Of a DNA stretch of 64,000 nt, positions 20,266-29,594 are shown piece by piece. Position 1 is the first letter of the stretch, and each line of letters opens with the position of its first letter. Source of the stretch: Candidatus Latescibacterota bacterium (GTDB lineage: Bacteria; Latescibacterota; UBA2968; UBA8231); the NCBI GenBank assembly GCA_965197905.1, contig CBDAOB010000004.1, forward strand, positions 1,568,001-1,632,000. The letters run 5' to 3'. A program made the translations under genes and the position numbers. The notes below the pieces were generated by a model that saw only the letters and a list, made by a program, of their open reading frames with translations, searched no databases and was not told the origin of the DNA.

Positions 20266-21318
20266 ATGCCCTGTATCGCCCCCTCGGTGCTGGAGGAATT
20301 CTGTACCCGGATATTCACCGGTGCCGGCCTGGATCCGAATGAAGCGACCGTAGTCTCTCATTCGCTGGTGCTGGCAAACCTGATGGGGCACGATTCTCAC
20401 GGCATCGTTCGGGTGGGATCCTATCTGGAGTACATGAACGAGGGGAAGGTCCTTGCGGGCCGCAGCATCCAGGTGGTGCGGGAAGCCGATGCCTCCGCTG
20501 TCGTTGATGGTCAGTGGGGGTTCGGTCAGACCGTCTGTCACCAGGCCATGGTGCTGGCGATGGAGAAGGCGAGAGCCCGCTCCGTGGGTGTCGTCGAACT
20601 CTTCAACAGCAGCCATATCGGCCGCCTCGGAGAGTACGTGGAGACGGCTGCGGCCGCACAGATGATTGGGCTGATCCTCTGTAACAATCACGGGGGCGGA
20701 GAATTGCTGGCGCCGTATGGCGGGGTTGAACCCCGCATGTCTCCCAACCCGCTCGCCGTCGGCATCCCGTCCGGAAACGCTACCCCGATCGTCGTCGACA
20801 TGACCACGAGCGTCGTTGCTGAAGGCAAGATCCGCGTCAAACGCAACCGCGGTGAACCCTTGCCCGAGGGGTGGGCGTTGGACGCGGACGGCGAACCGAC
20901 GGTGGATCCGCACCGGTTTTACGGTCCGCCGCGGGGAGCTATCCTGCCGCTCGGAGGCAACGCCGCACACAAAGGGTACGCGTTAGCAGTGGTGGTGGAT
21001 ATCTTGGCCGGCGCTCTTGGTGGCGGCGGAACCAGCCGCGGCACCGGGCGCATCGGCGGCAACGGGTTGTTCATCATGGCCATCGATATCGCAGCTTTCA
21101 CGGGCAACGACGAATTCAACGAGCAGGTGGCCAACTTCGTCGAGCACCTCAAGAGCTCGCGACTGATGCCGGGGTTCGATGAAATCCTCGTGCCCGGCGA
21201 ACTTGAGCAGAGAACCCGCGAGCGGCGAGAAAAGGATGGAATTGCGGTAGACGACGAAACCTGGCGGCAGCTGGGCGTGGCGGGTCAGTCGGTAGGTGTG
21301 GAGCTAACGCTCGATTAG
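20266..21318 (+). CDS. Ldh_2-family (malate/L-lactate/L-sulfolactate dehydrogenase-like) oxidoreductase
   Basis: GHDSHG, SSHIGRLG, NPLA, DMTTS..AEGK, HKGYAL, VPGE. Confidence 0.92.
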   Translation: MPCIAPSVLEEFCTRIFTGAGLDPNEATVVSHSLVLANLMGHDSHGIVRVGSYLEYMNEGKVLAGRSIQVVREADASAVVDGQWGFGQTVCHQAMVLAMEKARARSVGVVELFNSSHIGRLGEYVETAAAAQMIGLILCNNHGGGELLAPYGGVEPRMSPNPLAVGIPSGNATPIVVDMTTSVVAEGKIRVKRNRGEPLPEGWALDADGEPTVDPHRFYGPPRGAILPLGGNAAHKGYALAVVVDILAGALGGGGTSRGTGRIGGNGLFIMAIDIAAFTGNDEFNEQVANFVEHLKSSRLMPGFDEILVPGELEQRTRERREKDGIAVDDETWRQLGVAGQSVGVELTLD

Positions 21319-22497
21319 GTTCTTGAGAAGGGTGAGCCCTTCCTCGATCTCGCCGATGTCGATACCTGAGTAGGCCAACCGAATGTGGCGCTGCGACTCG
21401 CCAGGAAAGGGTCGGCCAAAGTGCATGCGGGTACAGAATGAGACGCCGGTCTCTTTCAGCGCCTTGGTGCGAAAAGCGTCGTAGTCATCCCCCGCCGTCC
21501 GCTTCATCGCCTCCGTAACATTCGGATACAGATAAAACGTCGCCTCCGGTCGGTAACAGTGGACGCCATCGATGCTGTTGAGGATCTCCACCGCCTTATC
21601 GCGGCGGCCCCGCAGCGTGTCGATGATGCGCTGGCAGGTGGATTGCTCCCCCATCAACGCCTCGATGGCTCCGTACTGCACGAAGTGATTGGAGCACGAC
21701 TCGTCGTTGACGTTCATCTTGATGACCATCTCGATCAATTCCACCGGACCGATCGATCCACCCAACCGCCATCCGGTCATGGCGAACTTCTTGGAAAAGG
21801 TGTAAAGAATCATGGTCCGTTCCACCATTCCGGGCAGGGAAACGATAGAGCGGGAATCGCCTGAGTAGCGGATGTCGAAGTAGGCCTCGTCGGCGAGTAC
21901 GTAAAGGTCGTGTTTGATCGCGACATCCGCCAGACGCTGCAGCTCATCGACGCTGGCCTCGGCGCTGGACGGATTGTGCAGATCGTTGATGATCAGGATT
22001 TTCGTTTTCGAGGTGATCGATGCCTCGATCTGGTCCACCAGAATCTCGAAGGTGGTCTCCCCTTCCTTAAACCCATACGGCACCGCTTGGCCGCCATGAA
22101 ACTCGATCTGAGATTCGTAGATCGGAAAACCGGGGTTGGGATACAGGACCTCATCGCCCGGGTTCATCAGCGCCAACAGGAACTTGCCGATGCTGGGTTT
22201 TCCACCGGGCTGGATAGCCACGTTCTCCATAGTGTAGCTGGTGTGGCGCGTGGCGTTGATATGCTCCGCCAGGGCCTCCCGCAACGGCGGAATACCCGCG
22301 TTCGGGCAGTACCCCGTTTTGGCATCCAACATGGCTTTGTGGGTCGCTTCGATGATGTTGTCGCCGGTGCGAATGTTGATATCGCCGAGGTGGAAAGGAA
22401 AGATCCGGTTCCCCTTAGCGCCGTGGGCGGCGGCTTCGGCGGAGACGAGGAAAGCCGTCTCCGTACCGAGGCGGTCAATCCGATCTGCGAGTTTCAT
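21304..22497 (-). CDS. Class I/II PLP-dependent aminotransferase (aspartate aminotransferase-like)
   Basis: HNPSS, ADEAY, TFSKKFAMTGWRLG. Confidence 0.92.
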   Translation of the reverse strand: MKLADRIDRLGTETAFLVSAEAAAHGAKGNRIFPFHLGDINIRTGDNIIEATHKAMLDAKTGYCPNAGIPPLREALAEHINATRHTSYTMENVAIQPGGKPSIGKFLLALMNPGDEVLYPNPGFPIYESQIEFHGGQAVPYGFKEGETTFEILVDQIEASITSKTKILIINDLHNPSSAEASVDELQRLADVAIKHDLYVLADEAYFDIRYSGDSRSIVSLPGMVERTMILYTFSKKFAMTGWRLGGSIGPVELIEMVIKMNVNDESCSNHFVQYGAIEALMGEQSTCQRIIDTLRGRRDKAVEILNSIDGVHCYRPEATFYLYPNVTEAMKRTAGDDYDAFRTKALKETGVSFCTRMHFGRPFPGESQRHIRLAYSGIDIGEIEEGLTLLKNLIER

Positions 22498-22588
22498 GTT
22501 TCTTTTGGTTCTCCAGAATATGGAAGGGCGCAAATAATGCTAGCCCGCCCGCCGGGGGGGCGGGCGCGTACAGCGTAGGTAGCGGGGA

Positions 22589-24565
22589 CTAGGAAGGCAT
22601 GGTCATGCCTTCGGAATCACCGGTCTGCAAACAGTGCCCTGCAACCATGCGGTAGTGAGACCCCATGATCGCCAACTCGAACGCCTTGTGCAGGTGCGGT
22701 CCGGGAAAACTAAACTGGTCGCGGCGGGCATCCAGATAGTGAATGGCGCCCTGGAAAACGGACTGGGCGTGATCCAAGACGATATCCCCGCGGCGCAGGG
22801 ATTCGCCAACCCCACTGACGAACTGTCGAATCTCATCGAGCTTCCGGTCGGTGGCGAAACGCACCAGTGATTCCTGCGCGTACTCGAGCATCTTGGAAAA
22901 CTGCTGCACACTGTTGGCGTCGAGTTCGATGCGGTCTTTCGCCGTGGCGGAAAGACCGTTCCAGAATTTGATGAGATTCCTCGCCTCGCGGCGGGCCTGG
23001 CGTGCGAACTTGCGGTCGAACTGGAGGGCATCCTTGATGAACCGGAAGTAGTCGGAATCGGGGGCGCCGTCTCGTCCCCGCAAACCCTGGGTGAAGAGGG
23101 AGCGCATGGCCCCCAGCTTTTCCGCGAAGCCAACGTGTCGTTCGACAAAGATGTGCGCGTGGACGCGATCCAGAACCGTGCGCGCGCGGAGGTATACCTC
23201 CTGACGCGTAAACAGCGAAGACAGAATGTGACTGAATCCTTCGTGCAGGTGCTCAAAACTCATGACCGGCCTGTACTGCAGCGAGTCGTCGACGTTGTTG
23301 CCCGCCTCGCCGTCTTCGATCAGGCGTCCCTGGCTTTTGAGGTCGACATAGAGTGGCGTGTGCGGCATCGGCGTCAGTTTTCCGGTCATGGAAGAGAAGA
23401 TCCCATTCCCTTTCACGAAGTCGACGATGCGGTCAGCGGTCTGCAGGGTGTCGGTATCGGTGCCATAGATAAAACCTGCATAGACCTCGATTCCGTTTTG
23501 TTGCAGCTGGCTCACAGTGTCTTTCGGATCCGTCTTCACGTTCTGAATCTTGTTCATCGCCTTTAAGGCGTCTTGGTCGGGGTTCTCTATGCCCAGAAAC
23601 ACGGCGGTAAAACCGGCCTGCTTCATCCGCGGAATCAGGTAGGCCAATGAGTCTTTGCCGAGATCGACACTGGCCTGCGTAAACAGATGAAACGGGTAGT
23701 TGTTGCGGCGCTGAAAATCGATCATGCCGTCGAGGATGTGTTCCATATCCTCGGGTTCAGACACGAAATTGTCGTCAACGGTAAAGACGCCACCCCTGAA
23801 ACCGGTATCGTAGATCGCCTGCAGCTCCGTCTGTACTGCTTTGTTGTCCTTCGCCCGCGCGAAACCGCCGTTGAACTGTACGATGTCGCAGAAGTTGCAG
23901 CGGAAGCGACACCCGGCGGTGGTCTGCAGCATGAGGGCGCGATAGTGGTTTGGATTGACGAGGTCCCAACGCGGCACCGGAACGTTTTCCAATGGTTTGA
24001 AGATTTCTTTGTCTAGCAGGTATTTGCGCGAACCTGCCGGCTCCGTCTTCACGCGCTCGGGGATGAACAGAAACGGCTGTTCGGCACTGTGTTGCGGTTG
24101 TTTGTCGAGGACGCTGCAGATCTCCTCTATCCACGGGGCGGATTCTCCCCACACGAGATAATCGAGGCCCTCGCACAGAATGCGGTCGCGGTCCCTCAGG
24201 GGTGCCAGAATCGTATCGCGATAGGTGGAAGCCATTGGGCCACCCAAAACCCACGGGGTGTCGGTTCCCCGTGCCGGCCCATCCAGGAGTTGGACGAGCG
24301 AATCCCGCTGAATACTCATGGCGCTCACGAAGACGGCGTCGGCCTCCTGAATCCGGCGGCGCATGTCCGCAGTATTGGGGATCTTGATATTGAGGTCGCA
24401 GAGGTCGAACTCCCAGTCCTCCTGCGGCATTTGCGCGGCGAAGGTGATCAATCCCAGGGGTGGAAAGGCAGTTTTGCGGCCGATGTACTTCATGACGTGC
24501 TTGAAGCTCCAGAAGGATTCGGCTGGAAACGCCGGTGCGATGAGCAACCCTTTTTTCTTCGCCAT
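22589..24565 (-). CDS. B12-binding radical SAM protein (DUF4070/HpnP-like methyltransferase family)
   Basis: SFWSF..PPLGLIT, VSAMSIQ, LGGP, CRFRCNFC, VDDNF, VFLGIENP, PHTPLY. Confidence 0.88.
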   Translation of the reverse strand: MAKKKGLLIAPAFPAESFWSFKHVMKYIGRKTAFPPLGLITFAAQMPQEDWEFDLCDLNIKIPNTADMRRRIQEADAVFVSAMSIQRDSLVQLLDGPARGTDTPWVLGGPMASTYRDTILAPLRDRDRILCEGLDYLVWGESAPWIEEICSVLDKQPQHSAEQPFLFIPERVKTEPAGSRKYLLDKEIFKPLENVPVPRWDLVNPNHYRALMLQTTAGCRFRCNFCDIVQFNGGFARAKDNKAVQTELQAIYDTGFRGGVFTVDDNFVSEPEDMEHILDGMIDFQRRNNYPFHLFTQASVDLGKDSLAYLIPRMKQAGFTAVFLGIENPDQDALKAMNKIQNVKTDPKDTVSQLQQNGIEVYAGFIYGTDTDTLQTADRIVDFVKGNGIFSSMTGKLTPMPHTPLYVDLKSQGRLIEDGEAGNNVDDSLQYRPVMSFEHLHEGFSHILSSLFTRQEVYLRARTVLDRVHAHIFVERHVGFAEKLGAMRSLFTQGLRGRDGAPDSDYFRFIKDALQFDRKFARQARREARNLIKFWNGLSATAKDRIELDANSVQQFSKMLEYAQESLVRFATDRKLDEIRQFVSGVGESLRRGDIVLDHAQSVFQGAIHYLDARRDQFSFPGPHLHKAFELAIMGSHYRMVAGHCLQTGDSEGMTMPS

Positions 24566-24634
24566 ATATGTCCGGGATCCTTTGAGGGGTTGAGCGGGTT
24601 CCGCGTCTGCGAATAGCCCTATATAATATATATT

Positions 24635-25345
24635 GTGTGTTGGAAAAACAAGAATGCGAATGGGCCCGGATGTCGGCGGGGCCTCGCCGTCCTAATTCTT
24701 TTGGGGGCACTGCCATGGGCTTTGGTCAACGCCGCCGAAACCACCGATCTACCGGCGGACTCGACTCGAACCGTCCTTTTCTTCGGCAACAGCCTCACAG
24801 CGGGTTTTGGAGTGCGGCCGGACGAGGCGTTCCCCGCCTTGATCCAGCGCCGCATCGATGCCGAGAGCCTACCGTTCAGGGTGATCAACGCCGGATTGAG
24901 CGGCGAGACCAGCGCCGGAGGCCTGCGACGGATCAATTGGGTGCTAAAGCAGCCAGTTGACCTCCTGGTCATCGAGCTCGGGGCCAACGATGGGTTGCGC
25001 GGCATCTCGCTGACCGCTACCCGCACCAACCTCCAGGGGATAATCGACCGCGCCCGGGCGGCCCACCCAAAGGTGCGCATCGCCCTTGCGGGCATGCAGA
25101 TTCCCCCCAACCTCGGACCGGAGTACACCTCTACGTTCCGCGCGCTCTTTCCGACATTGGCGAAGGAGAACTCGACCTTGCTGATCCCGTTTCTTCTCGA
25201 GGGTGTGGGCGGCGTCGAGGCGCTGAACCTGGCCGATGGCATCCACCCGAGTGCGGATGGCCACCGGCGGGTGGCGCAGAATGTTTGGAAGATCCTGGCT
25301 CCCGCACTTCGCAGCGCCGCCGCGTCCGACCCGCAGCACCCCTGA
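24635..25345 (+). CDS. tesA: Arylesterase / acyl-CoA thioesterase I (SGNH), exported
   Basis: FGNSLTAG, NAGLSGETSAGG, ELGANDG, DGIHP; start uncertain. Confidence 0.9.
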   Translation: MCWKNKNANGPGCRRGLAVLILLGALPWALVNAAETTDLPADSTRTVLFFGNSLTAGFGVRPDEAFPALIQRRIDAESLPFRVINAGLSGETSAGGLRRINWVLKQPVDLLVIELGANDGLRGISLTATRTNLQGIIDRARAAHPKVRIALAGMQIPPNLGPEYTSTFRALFPTLAKENSTLLIPFLLEGVGGVEALNLADGIHPSADGHRRVAQNVWKILAPALRSAAASDPQHP

Positions 25346-25352
25346 AGAGAAG

Positions 25353-27890
25353 CTACCCCTCGGTGCGCAACGCGTGCAGGGGTGGTTGGTCGAGGATGCC
25401 CCGGTTCATGCCGACCCCGAACAGGGCGGTCAGGGCCATGGCCGACCCGAGGGCGACCAGAATCGGCACCATCGCTGGCCGGTAGGAGACTTCGAAGACG
25501 AACTGAGTCAACCCCCAATTGCCGACCAGGGCGAGAACGAGCCCTGTCACTGCGGCGAAGCCGCCCAAAAACAGATACTCGAACAGCATGATGCGCCAGA
25601 TCTGGGCTCGGGTTGCCCCCAACGCCTTGAGCAGGACGCATTCCTTGAGTCGCTGATAACGACTGTTGCTCAGTACCGCCACCAGTACCAGGATCCCGGT
25701 GGCGACACTGAAGGAGGCCACGAACCGGATCACGAGAGCAGCGCGCTCCAGTAGCGAGTTGGCCGCACCGAGGATTAGATCCAGGTCGATGACCGATACG
25801 TTGGGAAAGGATTGTGCCAACCGCCGTTGCAGCGTGGCCCCAAGCTGTGCGGATTCCGAGCGGGTCACCACGACGTGAAACTGGGGCGCCTCTTCGAGAA
25901 CACCGCTGGGGAAAACCACCAGGAAGTTCGGACTAACGCGTTGCCACTCGACCCGCCGCAGGCTGCCCACCTCGACCTCTAGCGGCCGTCCCTGGACATC
26001 GAAGACGATGTTGTCCCCCAGGTCGACTCCCAGGTCGCTTGCCAGCCCCTCTTCCAATGAAACGAGGATCGATGTGGCGCCAGCGGTCCCTACCCACTCT
26101 CCTTTTACCACGGTCTCCGTTTCTGCCAGCTGGCTGCGGTAGGTCGTGCGATACTCCCACCCCAGTGCCCAGTCGGAGCGCCGCCGCGTGCTGTCCTGGC
26201 GAATCGCTTCGACGTCGCGCCCCCTTATCGATTGCAATCGCATGGTCACCAGCGGCACCTCTTGAAGAAGAGGCAGCTGGAGCTGGCGCAGGAGCTCGAT
26301 CACCCCGTCTCGCTGATCGGTCTGAATGTCGAACAGCACCGTGTTGGGCTGGCTGTCTCCGCTGACGGAGCGGATGTGGCGCAGGAGCGACGACTGGGCC
26401 AGGTAGAAGGTGGAGATCAGAAACACCCCTAACCCCAATCCCACCAGCAGCACAATCGTTTGATTCTGCGGTCGAAAGAGGTTCGCCAACCCCTGGCGCC
26501 AGACATAGCTCCAGGTGTGGGGGAAGAAACGTTTCGAGAACCGGGTAATTCCGTACCCCACCAGCGCCAGTGCCCCGAAAGCGACGCCGACCGCACCCGC
26601 CAAGCCAACACCGATCACCGGACGGGTGCTGTTCATCACGGCAAACACCACCATCATCACAGCGATGGCGGCGTAAACCAACCAACGCAGCGGTTCGCGG
26701 ATCGGCGTGTCCTCGTCGACGGCAGCTCGCAGGGCTAGAAGCGGCGAAACTCGACGCAGATTTAATAGCGGCAACAGCGCAAAAATAAGCGCCACCCCAA
26801 GCCCCACTGCCACCCCCTGGGCGATGGAGACGAGCGAAACGCTCAGCTCCAACTCCAGCGGAAGGAGATCCGCCAATACCAGGGGAAAGAGCCACAGAAT
26901 GGCGACGCCTAATGCGGCACCTATCGCCGACCCGACAAAACCCATGGCAGCTGCCTGGCTCAAGTAGACCAATCCTGCCTGCCGTGCCTCGGCACCTAGG
27001 CAACGCAGCACGGCGACCGTCGGAAACTTCTGTTTGACGTAGGCGTGCACCGAGCTGCCTACGCCCACCCCTCCCAGCACCAGTGCGATGAAACTCACCA
27101 GGTTCAAGAAACGGTACAGGTTGCCAAGGGCGCGCCCCATTCGCGCCCGCCTGGTGGCAACGGTTTCGACGGAAACCCGTTGGCGTTCCAAATCCGGTTT
27201 GAATCCGTTCACCAGATTGTCTACAGCGGCGGCATCGAGCGCGAAAAACACGCGGTAGTTCACCTGGCTGCCGCGCTGGATCAGCCCGGTCTCAGGGAGG
27301 TAGGACATGGGAATAAAGACCCGGGGAGCGACCAGGCCGAAAACACCGGCCTCGCCCGGAATACTCTCCAGTCGACCGGCGATGGCAAAGGTGGATAGGC
27401 CCACCTTTATGGAATCCCCCACACCAACACCCATCTGCCTCATCAAGCCGTCGTCTACCAGGGCGCGCCGGCCCAAATGATATTCGGTTGCCGCGTCGCG
27501 CGGACGCGTGAGCAACTCCCCATAGAAGGGAAAGGAACCTTCAGCAGCGCGTACCTGGGTCAGCCGCGTGCCCTCTGTTTTGGGGAAATACACCATGGAC
27601 GAAAACCGGGTTTGTCGTGCCCGTTCGCCGCCGGCGGCGGCGATGATCCGCTCTACCTCATCGCTGAACGGCCGCCGGGAGGAGAAGGCCACGTCGGCGC
27701 CCAGCAGCGTGCGCGCCTGGTCATCCACGGCCTGCGCCATGCTCGCCCCGAGGTTGGTGATGGCGACCAGGGCGCCAGTACCCACCACGATGGACGACAT
27801 GTAGAGCAGCAGCCGCTTGCGGTAGCTGCGACTATCGCGCCACGCCATGCGCGCGATCCAAGGGAGGTTGAGTCGAGGACGCTCGTTCAT
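25353..27890 (-). CDS. ybbP: ABC transporter permease, YbbP/FtsX-like
   Basis: AWRD.R, LLGAD, FPFYG, LRCLGA, LFDIQ, LKALGA; two FtsX-like halves. Confidence 0.9.
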   Translation of the reverse strand: MNERPRLNLPWIARMAWRDSRSYRKRLLLYMSSIVVGTGALVAITNLGASMAQAVDDQARTLLGADVAFSSRRPFSDEVERIIAAAGGERARQTRFSSMVYFPKTEGTRLTQVRAAEGSFPFYGELLTRPRDAATEYHLGRRALVDDGLMRQMGVGVGDSIKVGLSTFAIAGRLESIPGEAGVFGLVAPRVFIPMSYLPETGLIQRGSQVNYRVFFALDAAAVDNLVNGFKPDLERQRVSVETVATRRARMGRALGNLYRFLNLVSFIALVLGGVGVGSSVHAYVKQKFPTVAVLRCLGAEARQAGLVYLSQAAAMGFVGSAIGAALGVAILWLFPLVLADLLPLELELSVSLVSIAQGVAVGLGVALIFALLPLLNLRRVSPLLALRAAVDEDTPIREPLRWLVYAAIAVMMVVFAVMNSTRPVIGVGLAGAVGVAFGALALVGYGITRFSKRFFPHTWSYVWRQGLANLFRPQNQTIVLLVGLGLGVFLISTFYLAQSSLLRHIRSVSGDSQPNTVLFDIQTDQRDGVIELLRQLQLPLLQEVPLVTMRLQSIRGRDVEAIRQDSTRRRSDWALGWEYRTTYRSQLAETETVVKGEWVGTAGATSILVSLEEGLASDLGVDLGDNIVFDVQGRPLEVEVGSLRRVEWQRVSPNFLVVFPSGVLEEAPQFHVVVTRSESAQLGATLQRRLAQSFPNVSVIDLDLILGAANSLLERAALVIRFVASFSVATGILVLVAVLSNSRYQRLKECVLLKALGATRAQIWRIMLFEYLFLGGFAAVTGLVLALVGNWGLTQFVFEVSYRPAMVPILVALGSAMALTALFGVGMNRGILDQPPLHALRTEG

Positions 27891-27896
27891 CGGCGC

Positions 27897-28595
27897 TCAG
27901 TGGCCTGGGGGTGTGCGGGAGTCGTCGACTATTCGACCGCCGGAAAGGCGAACGACTCGCTGCGTGTGGTGGGCCAGGTCTAGGTCGTGGGTTACGAGAA
28001 TCAAGGTGGTCCCCATCTCCCGATTGAGTTCGAAGAGCAGATCCTCGACGGTGGCGCTGGTTTCGGTATCCAGATTGCCGGTAGGTTCATCGACGAAGAG
28101 TATGGCTGGGCGGTTGATGAAGGCGCGGGCCAAGGCCACCCGCTGTTGTTCGCCGCCGGATAACTGCACCGGATAGTGCTCGAGGCGATCCCCCAAGCCG
28201 ACGCGGTCCAACAGCGCCGCCGCCGCCTTGTGAGGGTTACCGGCGGCCCGCAGTTCCAACGGCACCATCACGTTCTCTACCGCGCTGAGGGTCGGAATCA
28301 ACTGAAAATTCTGGAACACGAAACCGACCCATCGATTCCGCAGGCGGGCACGTTCGTCTTCACTGAGGGTCTCCAGCGCAATCTCATTGAGCCGCACCGA
28401 TCCAGAGGAGGGTTCGTCCAACCCCGCGCACAGACCCAGCAGGGTGCTCTTGCCGCTTCCGGAGGGACCGACAATAGCGCTGGTGGTGCCGCGCTCCACC
28501 GCCAGGTCCACGGCATCGAGAACAGTCAGCGCGCGCGCCCCGCTCCGGTAGACCTTGGTGAGCTGGCACACCTCGAGGATCGGTTGGTTACTCAT
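27897..28595 (-). CDS. ybbA: ABC transporter ATP-binding protein, YbbA/LolD-like
   Basis: GPSGSGKST, LSGGEQQRV, DEPTGNLD, VTHD. Confidence 0.92.
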   Translation of the reverse strand: MSNQPILEVCQLTKVYRSGARALTVLDAVDLAVERGTTSAIVGPSGSGKSTLLGLCAGLDEPSSGSVRLNEIALETLSEDERARLRNRWVGFVFQNFQLIPTLSAVENVMVPLELRAAGNPHKAAAALLDRVGLGDRLEHYPVQLSGGEQQRVALARAFINRPAILFVDEPTGNLDTETSATVEDLLFELNREMGTTLILVTHDLDLAHHTQRVVRLSGGRIVDDSRTPPGH

Positions 28596-29556
28596 TCAGC
28601 TCGAGGCGACCGAGGAAACGCAGCAGGCGATCGGGGTAGTCGGTGATGATACCGTCGACCCCGAGCGTCACGAGGCGTTCCATGTCAGCCGGATCGTTCA
28701 CCGTCCAGACATGCGCGGAAAGGCCCCGCGTATGCACCGCCGCCAGAAATCCCGGGTCGACGACTCGGAGTTTTGCCCAACGCTCCGGCACCTGGAACGA
28801 ACCGCATGGGGGGGCGTAGAAATTACTCAAAAACAGCTGTTCCAGCGCCCAAAACAGGGTGGCTTCTCCGGCCGTGACGGAGGTCGCAACTTCGGGACAG
28901 GTGGTCCGAAACGCCTTGACCAGATCGCTTTTGAACGAGCTTACCAACACCTTGGGACCGTGCCCGGCGTTCCTCAACGCGGCGCAGAAAGGGGCAACGA
29001 TGGAGGGGCTCGCCTGCTTGATCTCAATGCTCATGGGCACCTCCCGGAACTGCGTCAACACCTCCTTCAGGCGCGGGATGCGAATCTCCCGGTCCCGATA
29101 CGGGTAGGTCTCACCGGCGTCAGTGGTCCATTTGTACCCCGCATCGAGTTCCCTGAGTTCCGCCCACGACAGGTCCTGGACGCGACCCTGTCCATTGGTC
29201 GTGCGGTCTACCCGTTCATCGTGGAGAATCACCACTTCCCCGTCGGCAGAGCTGCGCACATCGAGCTCTAACGCGTCCACACCTAGGTCCACCGCGTGCT
29301 GAAAGGCGAAGACAGTGTTCTCCGGCCATAGTCCACGTCCACCGCGATGGGCGATGACCGTCGGGGATTCTCCTGGTAACAGCAGCGGATCTCGTGGAAG
29401 ATTCGTTGACCGGTTAGATAGGTAGAAAGCCATGACGGCGACGACAAGCGCGAACCCCGCTAGCCCCTTGAGTTGTGTTCTGGTCCCGAACGGCCGACGA
29501 GAACGTGGAGGAAAAGAAGGCGGGTGTCCCCCGGCGCGAATGACGGGTCCGAACAA
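28588..29556 (-). CDS. Glycerophosphodiester phosphodiesterase, membrane-anchored
   Basis: IAHRGG..PENT, LELDV, HD..VDRTTNG, WTVND, GIITDYPD; true start probably downstream of 29556. Confidence 0.88.
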   Translation of the reverse strand: MFGPVIRAGGHPPSFPPRSRRPFGTRTQLKGLAGFALVVAVMAFYLSNRSTNLPRDPLLLPGESPTVIAHRGGRGLWPENTVFAFQHAVDLGVDALELDVRSSADGEVVILHDERVDRTTNGQGRVQDLSWAELRELDAGYKWTTDAGETYPYRDREIRIPRLKEVLTQFREVPMSIEIKQASPSIVAPFCAALRNAGHGPKVLVSSFKSDLVKAFRTTCPEVATSVTAGEATLFWALEQLFLSNFYAPPCGSFQVPERWAKLRVVDPGFLAAVHTRGLSAHVWTVNDPADMERLVTLGVDGIITDYPDRLLRFLGRLELNE

Positions 29557-29594
29557 GGCGGATCCGGGGTGCGAACCAGGAAGGCGGGTTCGAG

